The notes under the pieces are model-generated. The model did not search any database and had not been told where the DNA came from. It was given only the letters and a program-made list of their open reading frames with translations. A program made the position numbers and the translations under genes. Below, piece after piece: positions 1-10,979 of a DNA stretch of 64,000 bases; within the stretch, counting starts at the first letter, position 1; each line of letters starts with the position of its first letter. The DNA lies in the NCBI GenBank assembly GCA_951406725.2, contig OX597818.1:105648001-105712000 (forward strand), read 5' to 3'. Source of the stretch: Octopus vulgaris. Lineage: Eukaryota.

Positions 1-539
1 TTAGCCAAGGATTAAATAAACAACAACAACCATAATATAAATTCACAACCACATGCTCTTAACTATCTATTACTTAAAACTCCAACTATTAATATGTATA
101 ATAATCTAGTTGCTTTCAACTGTTCTAGCTTTACAATATCTGCTGCTTGTCATCTATTGGAGAATAGTTTATTGCCCTGACTAGGCCAACATTAAAAGAT
201 GGAAACAAAACAAAAAAGATAAATATTATTACTAGCACTAATGTAGCTTTTAGCTAGATAACTCTATTGACAATGCTTTTTTAGTGAACGGAGTACTAAT
301 ACAGCATGTGTTATAAATAAATTCTGTAATTAATAGAGTACCAAGTACAAATGTATGTTACAGAGTACTTACCAATACAATATGGATTATGAATAAACCC
401 TGTATTTAAGAGAGTACTGACCAACATGATAGAACACCAATCAATGGGTTATGATTTAATTCTGTACTTAAATGAGTACCAATCAATACAATACATAAGA
501 AAATAAGACATTTCAATCTTAATGACCTGATATTTAGAC

Positions 540-960
540 TGGTGTTCAGTGTGATCTTAGTACTTTTTGCTCCAGTACATCTGCAACATACAGAGTTTAC
601 TTTTTTTGTTAGTAAATCTATGTTGCACATCTTTTGTGTGTCCATAGTTTACATTGATGGACCCCTACCTTCACTAAATTTGAAGCTGAACTCATTGTTG
701 ATTCTCACTTCACTTATTTTAGCTTTGAATATATCTTGGACAGCCCTTATATGCAGTTCATCTATATCTAGTTTCTTTAGTGGTCACCAAAGTATTGAAT
801 ATGGTACCTTGTCAAAGGTCTTTTCCAAGTCAATGAATGCTAGGAATTATGGTTTACTCATAGCCAATTATTTTTCCTGCAGTTATCCAACTAGGAAGAT
901 TGCATCTATAGTACCACTTCAGGACACAAAGCCAAGCTACATGTCTTATAGGGTACCTTA
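540..960 (-). mobile_element. Old RTE-type LINE relic
   Basis: The minus strand encodes FIDLEKTFDKV (RT motif) and CKLWTHKRC, which is shared with the younger RTE copies in this window. Confidence 0.5.
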
Positions 961-1072
961 TGGATCAATTGTGCAATGACTCTTTTTCACTGACCTTCAT
1001 GGTCTGATCCAATAATTTGATGCCTCTTTAATTCCCTTTTTTGTAAAGCATACCATATATATATACATATAT

Positions 1073-1735
1073 TAGGTTGAGCCAAAGGTTTTTTGTATTT
1101 CAAACTTAAGTCAATAGTTCAAACAAATTATAAATGAAAAGCATTTATTCATCAAAATATATTCCATCATATTCTATTGTCTGTTGCCATCTTTATACCA
1201 GAAGTTCAATTCTACACTCATACCATTTGGCTTGTTTAGAGGCCAAAATCTCCCTGCACCCATTTTCAACCTCATCCATATGCTTGAGCTTCTGTCCATA
1301 AGGAAATGAGCCATGATTCAGAGAAGATGGTAATCTGATGGTGCATTTTCAGCCCTTCAAGTTCTTTATGTTTGTGCTTGGCCACAATAGCAATGTGTGC
1401 TGGGGCATTGTCATACAGTAAGAGTGCATGTCTTCAGTTGACCAATACTAAGTAGCAGGCTTTCAAAACATTATATATTCACTGCAGTCGTTGAACATAA
1501 AGATTAAAGTCCACAGCAGGATGATCTGGGACAAACTTAAAGTGCAACATTCTCTCAAAATTCCACCTAACACATAATGTGGCCTTCTATTCAAACAGTC
1601 CTTGTTTGACAACAGGTTCTGAAGCCTTGCCAGAACAAAGCCACTGATTTCTCTTATAATGATTATGAAAACAGATCCATTTTTCAACCCCAGTTACAAT
1701 TTGACACCAAAAATGGGCATCTTTACTTTAGTTTC
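1073..1735 (-). mobile_element. Degenerate mariner-like transposase relic
   Basis: TATTAGGTTG terminus typical of mariner TIRs; minus-strand remnants of a transposase C-terminus and of the DNA..H..SDYHL region; many disablements. Confidence 0.5.
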
Positions 1736-2136
1736 AGTCATTAGACGAAGGCCATGCTGGGGCACTTCCTTGAATTTTTGTCAAATGAATCAACCCCAGT
1801 ACTAATTTTTAAAGCCTGATACTAATTCTATCAGTCATTTTTGCTGAACTTCTAAGTTACAGGGACACAAACACACCCACACCAGTTGTCAGGCAGTGGT
1901 GGTGATGATGGTGGGGGGGGGGACAAACACAGACACAGATACACACACACACACACACAAATAAATACCTATATGTATGTATATATATGTATGACAGGCT
2001 TCTTTCAGTTTCTGTCTACCAGATCCACTCACAAGGCTTTGGTCGGCCTGAGGCTATAGTAGAAGACACTTGCCCAAGGTGCCACGCAGTGGGACTGGAC
2101 CTGGAACCATTATATCTATCTGTATATCTATCTATC

Positions 2137-2172
<36 letters not shown>

Positions 2173-2235
2173 TATATATATATATATATATACATGTGTA
2201 TATATACTTACACATATATGTGTATGTATGTGTAT

Positions 2236-2275
<40 letters not shown>

Positions 2276-2289
2276 TGTACAAAATGTAG

Positions 2290-2520
2290 TGTCCACTCCA
2301 GGTAGTGCAATAGCTTTGGGTACAACTCTTTACTGCCTTGCTACAAATGTTAAGAAACCTACACAATGTGGATGTGGAGTTTTCAAAAAGGAACTGAACA
2401 TTCTCCTTTCCACAATACTGGATGAACCAACAGCCCCGCATGAAGTACAAATGAAAGCAACAGTATCAAACTCCCTCTTCCACCAGATGGATCAACAACC
2501 AAAGCAAAAGTATATACAAG
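2290..2520 (+). mobile_element. CR1/L2-type LINE 3' fragment
   Basis: Encodes ...LYCLATNVKK...VFKKELNILLSTILDEP, which resembles the CR1 ORF2 C-terminus (LFNxLP...FKxxLDxxL..IPDEP). Confidence 0.5.
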
Positions 2521-2752
2521 AGTAGTGATACGAAATCCCACTACCCTGAAGAAATCAGGCAAAAAAGCATCCTATGTAAATGTGCAAAGTCACAGTGGTG
2601 CTCCAGCATGACTGCAGCTGCATAGCTGAAATGAATAAAAGAATATATATATATAGTTAATCCAAACAAGTAAACACAGAAAAAAACACAGCAACGCGAG
2701 GACGTGGAACAATTAAAGTATTATTTGACGCTCAGGAAAGAAGGGAAGGAGG

Positions 2753-2787
2753 GTTTAACGTTTCGAGCGGAGCTCTTCGTCGGAAAC
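2753..2787 (-). ncRNA. Minimal PLE-type hammerhead motif (U4C core variant) in a short repeat at ~2655-2835
   Basis: The minus strand reads GTTT-CCGACGA-A-GAGC-TCC-GCTC-GAAACGTT-AAAC. Stems I and II pair, and stem III is the self-complementary AACGTT. Confidence 0.6.
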
Positions 2788-3611
2788 AAAGGAGAAGGAA
2801 AGATCCCGAAAAGGGAAGACAGAAGAAAAAAATATTTTTGCTGGTGGTGCTCAAGAGATCACATGCACACACACACATGCATATATGTATATATATATAT
2901 ATATGTGCATATGTTTGTGTCTGTTTGCATGTGTGTGTATGTATGTAAATATACATACACACACACGCACACACTTAAATATACACCTTCACACACATAT
3001 ACTCAGAGACCTATAGCTGCAAAACTACAGGAATGACAAATATTAACGGACACTCCTATACTATCATACCAACTATCTATTGTCTAGAAATAATTCAAAT
3101 TGTTGTAGCTGTCTCAATACAAACGATTAACAGTCTGTATTCCTATGATGGATAATTACATAATTAAATTTTAATAATTGATTTTAGTCAAAATATTAAG
3201 AATGATTTGTTGGTGCTCATTCTTAGACCCTCCCTGATTGAACAAGCTTAAGATCAATGATACTCCATTCATGACCATCCCATATGTCTTTCCAGACATA
3301 GTCTACCTAATCTACACGAATTATCTAATACATCTTTCATGATAATGATGGTGATCTCCCTTCTCCTCCTCCATTTCTCCTCCAACATAATAATCATAGT
3401 TCTATACTATTAATTAAGTAGACAAAAATATGTAAAAACTCAAACTATCAACTAATATATCTAAATAAATAACTATATTAATAATAACTAATATAACTTC
3501 TTACAATAAGAATAGACAAATAAATAAATAAGTAAAAGTAGCAAATAAATACATACTTAGATTTATTTTTTTTTACCAATAAATACATATTAAGATTTAT
3601 TTTTTACCAAT

Positions 3612-3776
3612 AGGCATAAGAGTGCTGTGTGGTAAGTAGCTTGCTTACGAACCACATGGTTCTGGGTTCAGTCCCACTGCATGGCATCTTGGGCAAGTGT
3701 CTTCTACTATAGCCTCAAGCCAACCAAAGCCCTGTGAGTGGATTTGGTTGACGGAAACTGAAAGAAGCCCATCATA

Positions 3777-3833
<57 letters not shown>

Positions 3834-4025
3834 ATATATTTGTGTGTCTGTGTTTGTCCCCCCAACATTGCTTGACAACTGATGCTGGTGTGTTTACGTC
3901 CCCGTAACTTAGAGGTTCGGCAAAAGAGACCGATAGAATAAGTACCAGGCTTACAAAGAATAAGTCCTGGGGTCGATTTGCTCGACTAAAGGCAGTGCTC
4001 CAGCATGGCCACAGTCAAATGACTA
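3612..4025 (+). mobile_element. tRNA-type SINE, family A, representative copy with internal (TA)n. Other copies or fragments at ~1735-2110, 10240-10370, 10780-10930, 12985-13340, 18060-18200, 38930-39290, 42770-42865, 47410-47760, 48740-49180, 59685-59835, 62645-63030
   Basis: Recurrent head with A/B-box-like motifs (gtggtaag...ggttcagtcccactgc), a ttgggcaagtgtcttctactatag core, and a tail ending ccagcatggcc.cagtc.aatgact. Confidence 0.8.
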
Positions 4026-4363
4026 GAGAATAATAATAATGTAGAAGTATATATCATGAACATGGTGGATAGCACAAATGCTAAAGGCAGATTTATAGAC
4101 GTATATAGTTAATGAGGAATATGTTAATAGACATACTGAATAGAGATGAAGATAATGGCTAGCTTGTAAAAAACTGGTTTACACCGCCAAAAAGGGTGAA
4201 TAGTAACATGACATAGCTCTTCTGAACTATGTCTATCCCTTGTCCAGTGAGGTCAAAATCAGCCTCTAGCTATTTTTAGGACAGAATTCAAGAAGCACAT
4301 GCTACAATTCAATTGGAATGAACTCCCCATCTGTTAGGATGTAGTAGAAAATAGCAGTCAATT

Positions 4364-4455
4364 TTGCCCCGATGAAGGCTTTTGCTTTTTCAAATTCATA
4401 ATGCAATTTAATTACATAATATGGATTTGAGTAATAAACTGAAACGCATCAGCAA
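4364..4455 (+). ncRNA. Decayed type I hammerhead motif with long stem II
   Basis: TTGCC-CCGATGA-AGGCT...CAAATTCATA/TATGGATTTG hairpin...AAACT-GAAAC-GC-ATC-AGCAA. Several deviations from the consensus are CpG-type transitions. Confidence 0.5.
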
Positions 4456-4729
4456 CATGAATTGACTATTATAATAAAAACATTGATTATTCTGTGTATG
4501 CATTCTCCATTTTCTTTGCATTGTTAAAGTTTTTTCTCCTATATCGAAAAAATGGAAACATCTATAGCGACAACTGGCATTTCAAAAGTATAAGGTACTA
4601 ATATTCAAGAAGAACCAAAGATAAACACTCGTACATATACACATGTGGAATTTCCAGTATAGAGCTGAACCAGTGTACCCTAGGATAATTATCCATATGA
4701 AAGAACAACCTTTTTCTACACAGACATTA

Positions 4730-5815
4730 TCAATGGCAGTTGAGGGGACCTGTGGAAGAGGTAGACCCAGGAAAACCTGGGTCGAGGCGGTGAAGCACGA
4801 CCTTCGAACTTTAGGTCTCACCAAGGAAATGACCAGTGACCGAGACCTTTGGAGGTATGCTGTGCGTGAGAAAACCCGGCAAGACCAGTGAGAACAGTCA
4901 AAATCAAGATCAAACCAAATTGAGGTCGATCAACATCAGGGCCCCCGTGCAGGTGACACGTAAAAGTACCATCCGTTCGTAGCCGTTTGCCAGCCCTGTC
5001 TGGCCCCCGTGTCGGTGGCACGTAAAAGCACCATCCGTTCGTGTTCGTTGCCAGCCTGGCCTGGCCCCGTGCCGGTGACACGTAAAAGCACCATCCGTTT
5101 GTGGCCGTTTGCCAGCTCTGTCTGGCCCCGTGCCGGTGACACGTAAAAGCACCATCCGTTCGTGGCCGTTTGCCAGCCCTGTCTGGCCCCCATGTCAGTG
5201 AAATGTAAAAGCACCATCCGTTCGTGTCCGTTTGCCAGCCCTGTCTGGCCCCCATGTCGGTGACATGTAAAAGCACCATCCGTTCGTGTCCGTTGCCAGC
5301 CTCGCCTGGCCCCCGTGCCGGTGACACGTAAAAGCACCATCCGTTCGTGGCCGTTTGCCAGCCCTGTCTGGCCCCCGTGTCGGTGGCATGTAAAAGCACC
5401 ATCCGTTCGTGCCTGTTGCCAGCCTCGCCTAGCCCCCGTGCCGGTGACACGTAAAAGCACCATCCGTTTCGTGGCCGTTTGCCAGCTCTGTCTGGCCCCC
5501 GTGTTGGTGGCACATAAAAGCACCATCCGTTCGTGTCTGTTGCCAGCCTCGCCTGGCCCCGTGCCGGTGACACGTAAAAGCACCATCCGTTCGTGGCCGT
5601 TTGCCAGCTCTGTCTGGCACCTGTGCAGGTGGCACGTAAAAAGCACCCACTACACTCACGGAGTGGTTGGCGTTAGGAAGGGCATCCAGCCGTAGAAACA
5701 CTGCCAGATCTGACTGGGCCTGATGAAGCCTTCCAGCTTCACAGACCCCAGTTGAACCGTCCAACCCATGCTAGCATGGAGAACGGACGCTAAATGATGA
5801 TGATGATGATGATGA
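4730..5815 (+). mobile_element. RTE-type LINE 3' end with minisatellite-expanded 3' UTR and (ATG)n tail
   Basis: The ORF end VEGTCGRGRPRKTWVEAVKHDLRTL...DRDLWR is a typical RTE C-terminus. The 3' UTR (ggagtggttggcgttaggaagggcatccagc...aacccatgctagcatgga) and the (atg)n tail recur across the window. Confidence 0.85.
4940..5645. repeat. GC-rich ~60-bp minisatellite, about 12 units
   Basis: Unit approximately ccccgtgccggtgacacgtaaaagcaccatccgttcgtggccgtttgccagccctgtctgg. It generates the long overlapping repetitive ORFs in the track. Confidence 0.95.
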
Positions 5816-5884
5816 TATATATATATATATATATATACTAGCAGCTAACCCTGGTTTCACCTGGTCAGTTTGGATGATGTGGCT

Positions 5885-6339
5885 ATACTGACTTGGTCAC
5901 CTAGGTAACGGAAGCTATCAACTACTTCTAGTTTTTCTCCCTGGAACGTGGCGGAAGTTGTTCTCTGCACATTTTCAGTGTTTATTGCTCCTGAGCATCT
6001 GCCACATACAAAAACTATCTTCCCAGTTAGCCTTCCATTGATATTGCTGCACTTCTTATGTGTCCATAGCTTACACTGGGTACAACTTATTGTGTTTCTA
6101 CCTACACTTTTTCTACGGATCGAGCAGGGCCAACTACCTGCAGGGATTTGTGGTTTGCCTGCCTTTCTACTTATTAGGACTTTGGTTTTAGCTAGGTTGA
6201 CTCTAAGACCCTTCGAATCTAATCCTTGTTTCCACACTCGAAACTTCTCGTCTAGTTCTGATAGTGACTCAGCAATTAGAGCAAAGTTGTCAGCATAGAG
6301 GAGCTTCCAGGGGCATCCTGTCTTGAATTCCTCTGTTAT

Positions 6340-6345
<6 letters not shown>
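5885..6345 (-). mobile_element. RTE-type LINE reverse transcriptase fragment with an embedded Cys/His finger
   Basis: PWKLLYADNFALIA...GLRVNLAKTK...CTQCKLWTHKKC...CGRC...VVDSFRYLGD; homologous to 59900-60300. Confidence 0.85.
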
Positions 6346-6383
<38 letters not shown>

Positions 6384-7949
6384 CTGGCTTTCCAAACATG
6401 ACCATCCTGTTTTTTTTTTTTGGGGGGGGGGTCTCGGATAATGTGTCCAGAAACTACATTAGGCAATCTTGCCTAATTTTTGTTTTAGAGTGTCATTTGG
6501 AGAGTGACATTTGACTGATATTTCTGTCAGGTTGAGTGATAGAATAGAGGTTCTCATTGGCTTATGATGTTGTTGTTGAGGTGGTGATGGTGAAGAGGAA
6601 AATGTAGAGTAATAGGCAGAGGTAGAGGAGAAGAATGTAGAAATGGAGGAGGGAGAGGAGGATGGTGGTAGCAGCTGTTGTGGCAGTGGCAATGATGATG
6701 ATTGATGGTCATGGCACTTATGATGGTGGTGAGGACAGGAGGAGCAGGACGAGAAGAATGTCACCAAAGCATCACCATCATCAACATCATCAACACAACA
6801 ACAGAGGAGTCTCTATGTGGTCACTCAATCTGCCAAAATTAACAGCCAGATTCTTCTGAGATTATACTCTACCATCTATAAACAAAAATAAAAGGGAAGA
6901 GAGAGTGGTCACAGCTGGAATACTTTTAATCATAGATTTGCATTATGAAAGTTGATCTGGGGTTAATTAACAACAATAACAACAAATATATTTCCATCAG
7001 TAGCTCTACTTCTGTTCTTTTCTGTCAGTGGCTCTAGTACTGCGCTTTTCTGTCCCCAGTTGGGGATTAAGTACAAATATGTTATGTCATTTTACATTGA
7101 AGATATTGATTTCAAATTTTGGTACATGGCCAGCAATTATGGGGTAGGGAATAAGTCAATTACATCATCCCCAGTGATCAACTGGTACTTATTTTATCAA
7201 CTGTGAAAGGATGAAAGGCAAAGTCAACTTCAGCAGAATTTAAACTAAGCATTTTGCTCAGTGAGCTAACGTTTCTGCCTGCTTACCACCTTCTTTTTAC
7301 CTTGAAAATATTAGCAGTTAATTCTTTCTTAACAATAATCCAGTGTCTTACAAGTTGGCAAAAAACCCCCCCAAAAAAACAAACCCAGAACAAGTTATTT
7401 ACATAGATTTAAGAATACATTAAAATGTAACCACTTAGGGTTTTTTAAATTTTTGTTTTGGTAGTTGTGGTGGTGGTGAAGACACATTTACAATAGATTG
7501 TTGAGCTACTGCTTGTAATGTGTCAGTGAGTAAAAGTTTACTAATCAGTTGGATGACCTTTTCTTGATTGCTGTCTCCAGATGTTTATGTATGTTGCAGC
7601 TGCAATACACAGTCTGATTTTGACAAGTCTATCACTCACCCCACCACCACCACCCAGCCAACTGAAACATAATACTTTTTATTTCAGTAACAAATTCTAT
7701 TTTGTTGAAATGGAAAGCAAGCAGTTTACATTGTTATTTTTTTATTTTTGTTTTTATACCCTTTATAATCCTTCCTGAGTTTGGAATGTAGGAGTTTTGG
7801 GGATTGGATTCTGGTCCAACTTACTTTTGGATTTAGACTACTCTAGAATACAATTATATGGGGGTTTAGTAATCCTTCAGAACATGAACAGACATGAATT
7901 AAAGACATTTAGAAAAGTACCCAATAAATTTTTGAGAAGTTCACCTACA

Positions 7950-8860
7950 AAGTAATTCACCAAACTTACTTGCTCACAGTAAATTTTTTTGATATAAGAC
8001 TAAATCTAACTTGAGAAAACATCCTTATAGAAAACCAAAATAATGTTATACATTAATAAACAATCTAGCCACCCACTACACAAATACAGAGCTTAACTAG
8101 AGGTATAGCCCAGAGAATCTTTATAATATTATTTGACAAAACAATATTTGACTAAGCAGCACCATTCTACAATGATGTCCTAAAAATGAGTGGGTTTGAA
8201 GAAAAAATTAAAATTCATATCTAAAATCACATAAATAGACCATAAACCAAACAGAAGCATTAAAAGAAAGATTTGATTTAACACCTTCTTTTGTCTGAAT
8301 GTAGTGACAAATATAGCAAAACATTTCTTTTTTAACATTAATCACCAAAATAAAATAGCTATCATAAGTTATTCAATAAAAACAACATGAGTTAGCTACA
8401 GCTCAGGGGCGGACTGAGGGTATTAAGGGTTCTCAGGCATAACTGTTCACAGGCCCCTTAGCATTAATATCAAAGATAGTTAACATGTAGAGCTCTGGAC
8501 CCTTGGGCAGTGCCTGGTTGACTGACAGCTCAGTCTGCCCCTGCTATAGCTGTACAAAAAGCCAAAAACAAGATTTTACTATAAATAAGCAAATTTCTTG
8601 AGAAATCAAAAGTATGTGGCCACAAATAGATGCAACTGTAATGAATCAAAACTATGCTCATTAAGTGGGAATTATCTACAAAGAGAAGTAATCTACAGGG
8701 CAACAATAAAAACAGAAACTATATCAGAGCCACAAGTAGGACATTCAAAGCCAGATACACACAACTGCACTTATTTTTGCAATATATTTTTAAGCCACAA
8801 GTTATCTCTATCAAGCACATTAATAATATGGATATGAAGTAGGCAACAATAGATCAGGCA
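7950..8860 (+). mobile_element. Penelope-like element relic (RT thumb, linker and GIY-YIG), interrupted by a MITE
   Basis: Frameshifted pieces VNFFDIRLNL..PYRKP..YINKQSSHP, AAPFYNDVLKMSGF, NVVTNIAKHF, SYSC, CNC...C.LSGN.LQREVIYRATI and TFKARY occur in the canonical PLE order. Confidence 0.8.
8404..8543. mobile_element. hAT-type MITE, 140 bp
   Basis: TIRs CAGGGGCGGACTGAG / CTCAGTCTGCCCCTG (1 mismatch); 8-bp TSD CTACAGCT (8396-8403) / CTATAGCT (8544-8551). Confidence 0.85.
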
Positions 8861-9549
8861 CGTTAACATAAAAAAGAGATGATATCATATTAACACCACC
8901 ATAATAAATTTATTTTAAAAACTGATCCAAGTAACAAATCTGATGACAACAAAAATTGACATGGCAGTACCAATTCCAACAGAATAGTGAAACAAAGTGA
9001 TCAACAAATGAACCAATAAAAAAGAATAACTATTTAGAGAATACAACAGAATAACAAAAATTTGGCAATTCCCAGACAGGCCATACCCTACAGAGTCAAT
9101 ACAGAAATGAAAGAATACGACTATAGGATGATGTAATTTTAAGCAACATCAGACATATCACCTGCAGAGCTCACATAAAATCAGCAGAATAAGAATTTGA
9201 AGAAGTGGAATATAACAAGAAAATCAATAGAATGATAATTTTGGTGAAACCGGATACAATGATGAAATTGACCAGTAGTGATAAGACCACCTCTGAATTA
9301 ACTAATGGAAAGCAACACTATGATAATGATCTAAAAGACATAAATCAACCAATGAAAATAAGTGACAATCTGGAAAAAGCTTAATATAATAGTGAAATTG
9401 TTCACTGGTGATAGAATAACTGACAAATTAGTGAATGAAAAATGACAAAATGACAACAATAAGGAACACTACATTAACAAAATAATATTTTGAAACTTAC
9501 TAAAGAAAGCAATAGCTATACACTGAAGAATAATGAACCAATTGCAATG

Positions 9550-9805
9550 TATAAAGGAGAGTCAAAAATTATATGCACTCTTGATTTTACAGTGTATTTA
9601 CACAAAAAAAGGGGATAAACAAGTACATCATTTTTGTATATAGTCTCCTTCTTTTTCAATGTAGTTGGTCCAGCGGTCCACTAGCTGGCATATTCCCTCC
9701 ACGAAAAAGGTTTTTGGTTGGTCATGCAACCATTTATGCACTGCTTCCTTCACATCTTCATCCATAGGAAATAGATATCCACATAAACCATCTTTGAGCA
9801 GTCCA
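9550..9805 (-). mobile_element. Mariner transposase 3' fragment
   Basis: EDVKEAVHKWLHDQPKTFFVEGICQLVDRWTNYIEKEGDYIQK is a mariner C-terminus. Confidence 0.8.
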
Positions 9806-9849
9806 GAGATATGATCATTTGAGGGGGTGGGGGCGAGTTTGATAATAAT

Positions 9850-10200
9850 CAAACATCCAGTCAACATCATGATGTTATACCTCCAATCATCTTCCCACAT
9901 GGCTTCAGACTCAGCATGGAGGCCTACATCAAGTGCCTGGAGGAGGTAGTGCTGCCCTGAGTCAAGAGGGTGGCTACTGGAAGACCATATGTCTGACAAC
10001 AGGACTCTGCACCATGCCATGGAAGCAGGAGAACTCAGTCATAGATGTCAGACAATTTCTGCAACCACATCACCCCTAACATCTGGCCACCTAACTCCCC
10101 AGACTGCAGTTCCCTTGATTATTATGTATAGAAAGCAGTTGAGTGAGAGACGATCAAAACTCCTTGTAACACCAAAGACGAACTGAAGGCAAGGATATAT
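9850..10200 (+). mobile_element. Tc1/mariner (maT-like) transposase catalytic fragment
   Basis: Frames give IFPHGFRLS.EAYIKCLEEVVLP, RPYV*QQDSAPCH and TPNIWPPNSPDCSSLDYYV. Confidence 0.75.
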
Positions 10201-10930
10201 ATATGACAATCTTCTTTGCAACTTCTGTCTACTAAATAAATTCATCCTTGAGGCATTGGTCAGCCCAGGGCTGTAGTAAAAGACACTTGCCCAAGGTGTT
10301 ACATTGTGGGACTGAACTTAAAGGCTTGTGGGTGCCTATTGATTTTCTTAATCGCACCACACCGCACCACCATACTTATACTTCTATGGCAATTATATAG
10401 TAACTTTTTCTTCAAGTTTAAAAAAATTCTCTAATAATTTTATGGACTGAAAGGGAATAAAAAGCAGAAGCTAAGAATAGATCTCAAACATAAAATTAAT
10501 TAAACATGATTAAATTCAAATTCAATATGGTAAAGATATTTTTTTCTTGAATTTCAAATTAAGATTAGATTTAAATTTTTGTAAAAATATTCTAGTTTTA
10601 TCAATTCAAAATGCCAAACTGATACAACTAACAAAAATAGATTTGAATAATAGTCTTCCATGTTTGAATCTCTGTTTAGGCAAATCAGAGCAATAATAAA
10701 TTCAGCAATAATTGAAATACAGTTCGTGTGTGTGTGTGTGCATGTTCGCACATGCCTAATGCATGCCTACACACAGATGTGATTGTGCAGTTAAGAAGCT
10801 TCCTTCCCAACCATGCAGTCTTGGATTCAGTCCCACTGCACTGTACCTAAGGCAAGTGTCTTCTACTATTACCCTGGACTAACCAAAGACTTGTAAGTTT
10901 GGTAGATAGAAGCTGAAAGAAGTTTGTTGG

Positions 10931-10979
<49 letters not shown>

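Noticed and set aside
285-495. Recurring GAGTAC motif (5 times)
   Set aside because: Irregular spacing and weak flanking similarity; at most a decayed minisatellite.
1221-1250. IPFGLFRG, resembling FDXR PFGLVR
   Set aside because: It lacks GVAPDH and splice sites, and lies antisense within a mariner relic.
3612-3690. tRNA-like A/B boxes
   Set aside because: These are SINE heads, not tRNA genes; there is no full cloverleaf.
4940-5645. Regular ~60-bp repeats that could suggest a CRISPR array or a 251-aa repeat protein
   Set aside because: No unique spacers and no cas genes in a eukaryotic context. It is a minisatellite in a LINE 3' UTR, and the ORFs are open in several frames only because the unit lacks stops.
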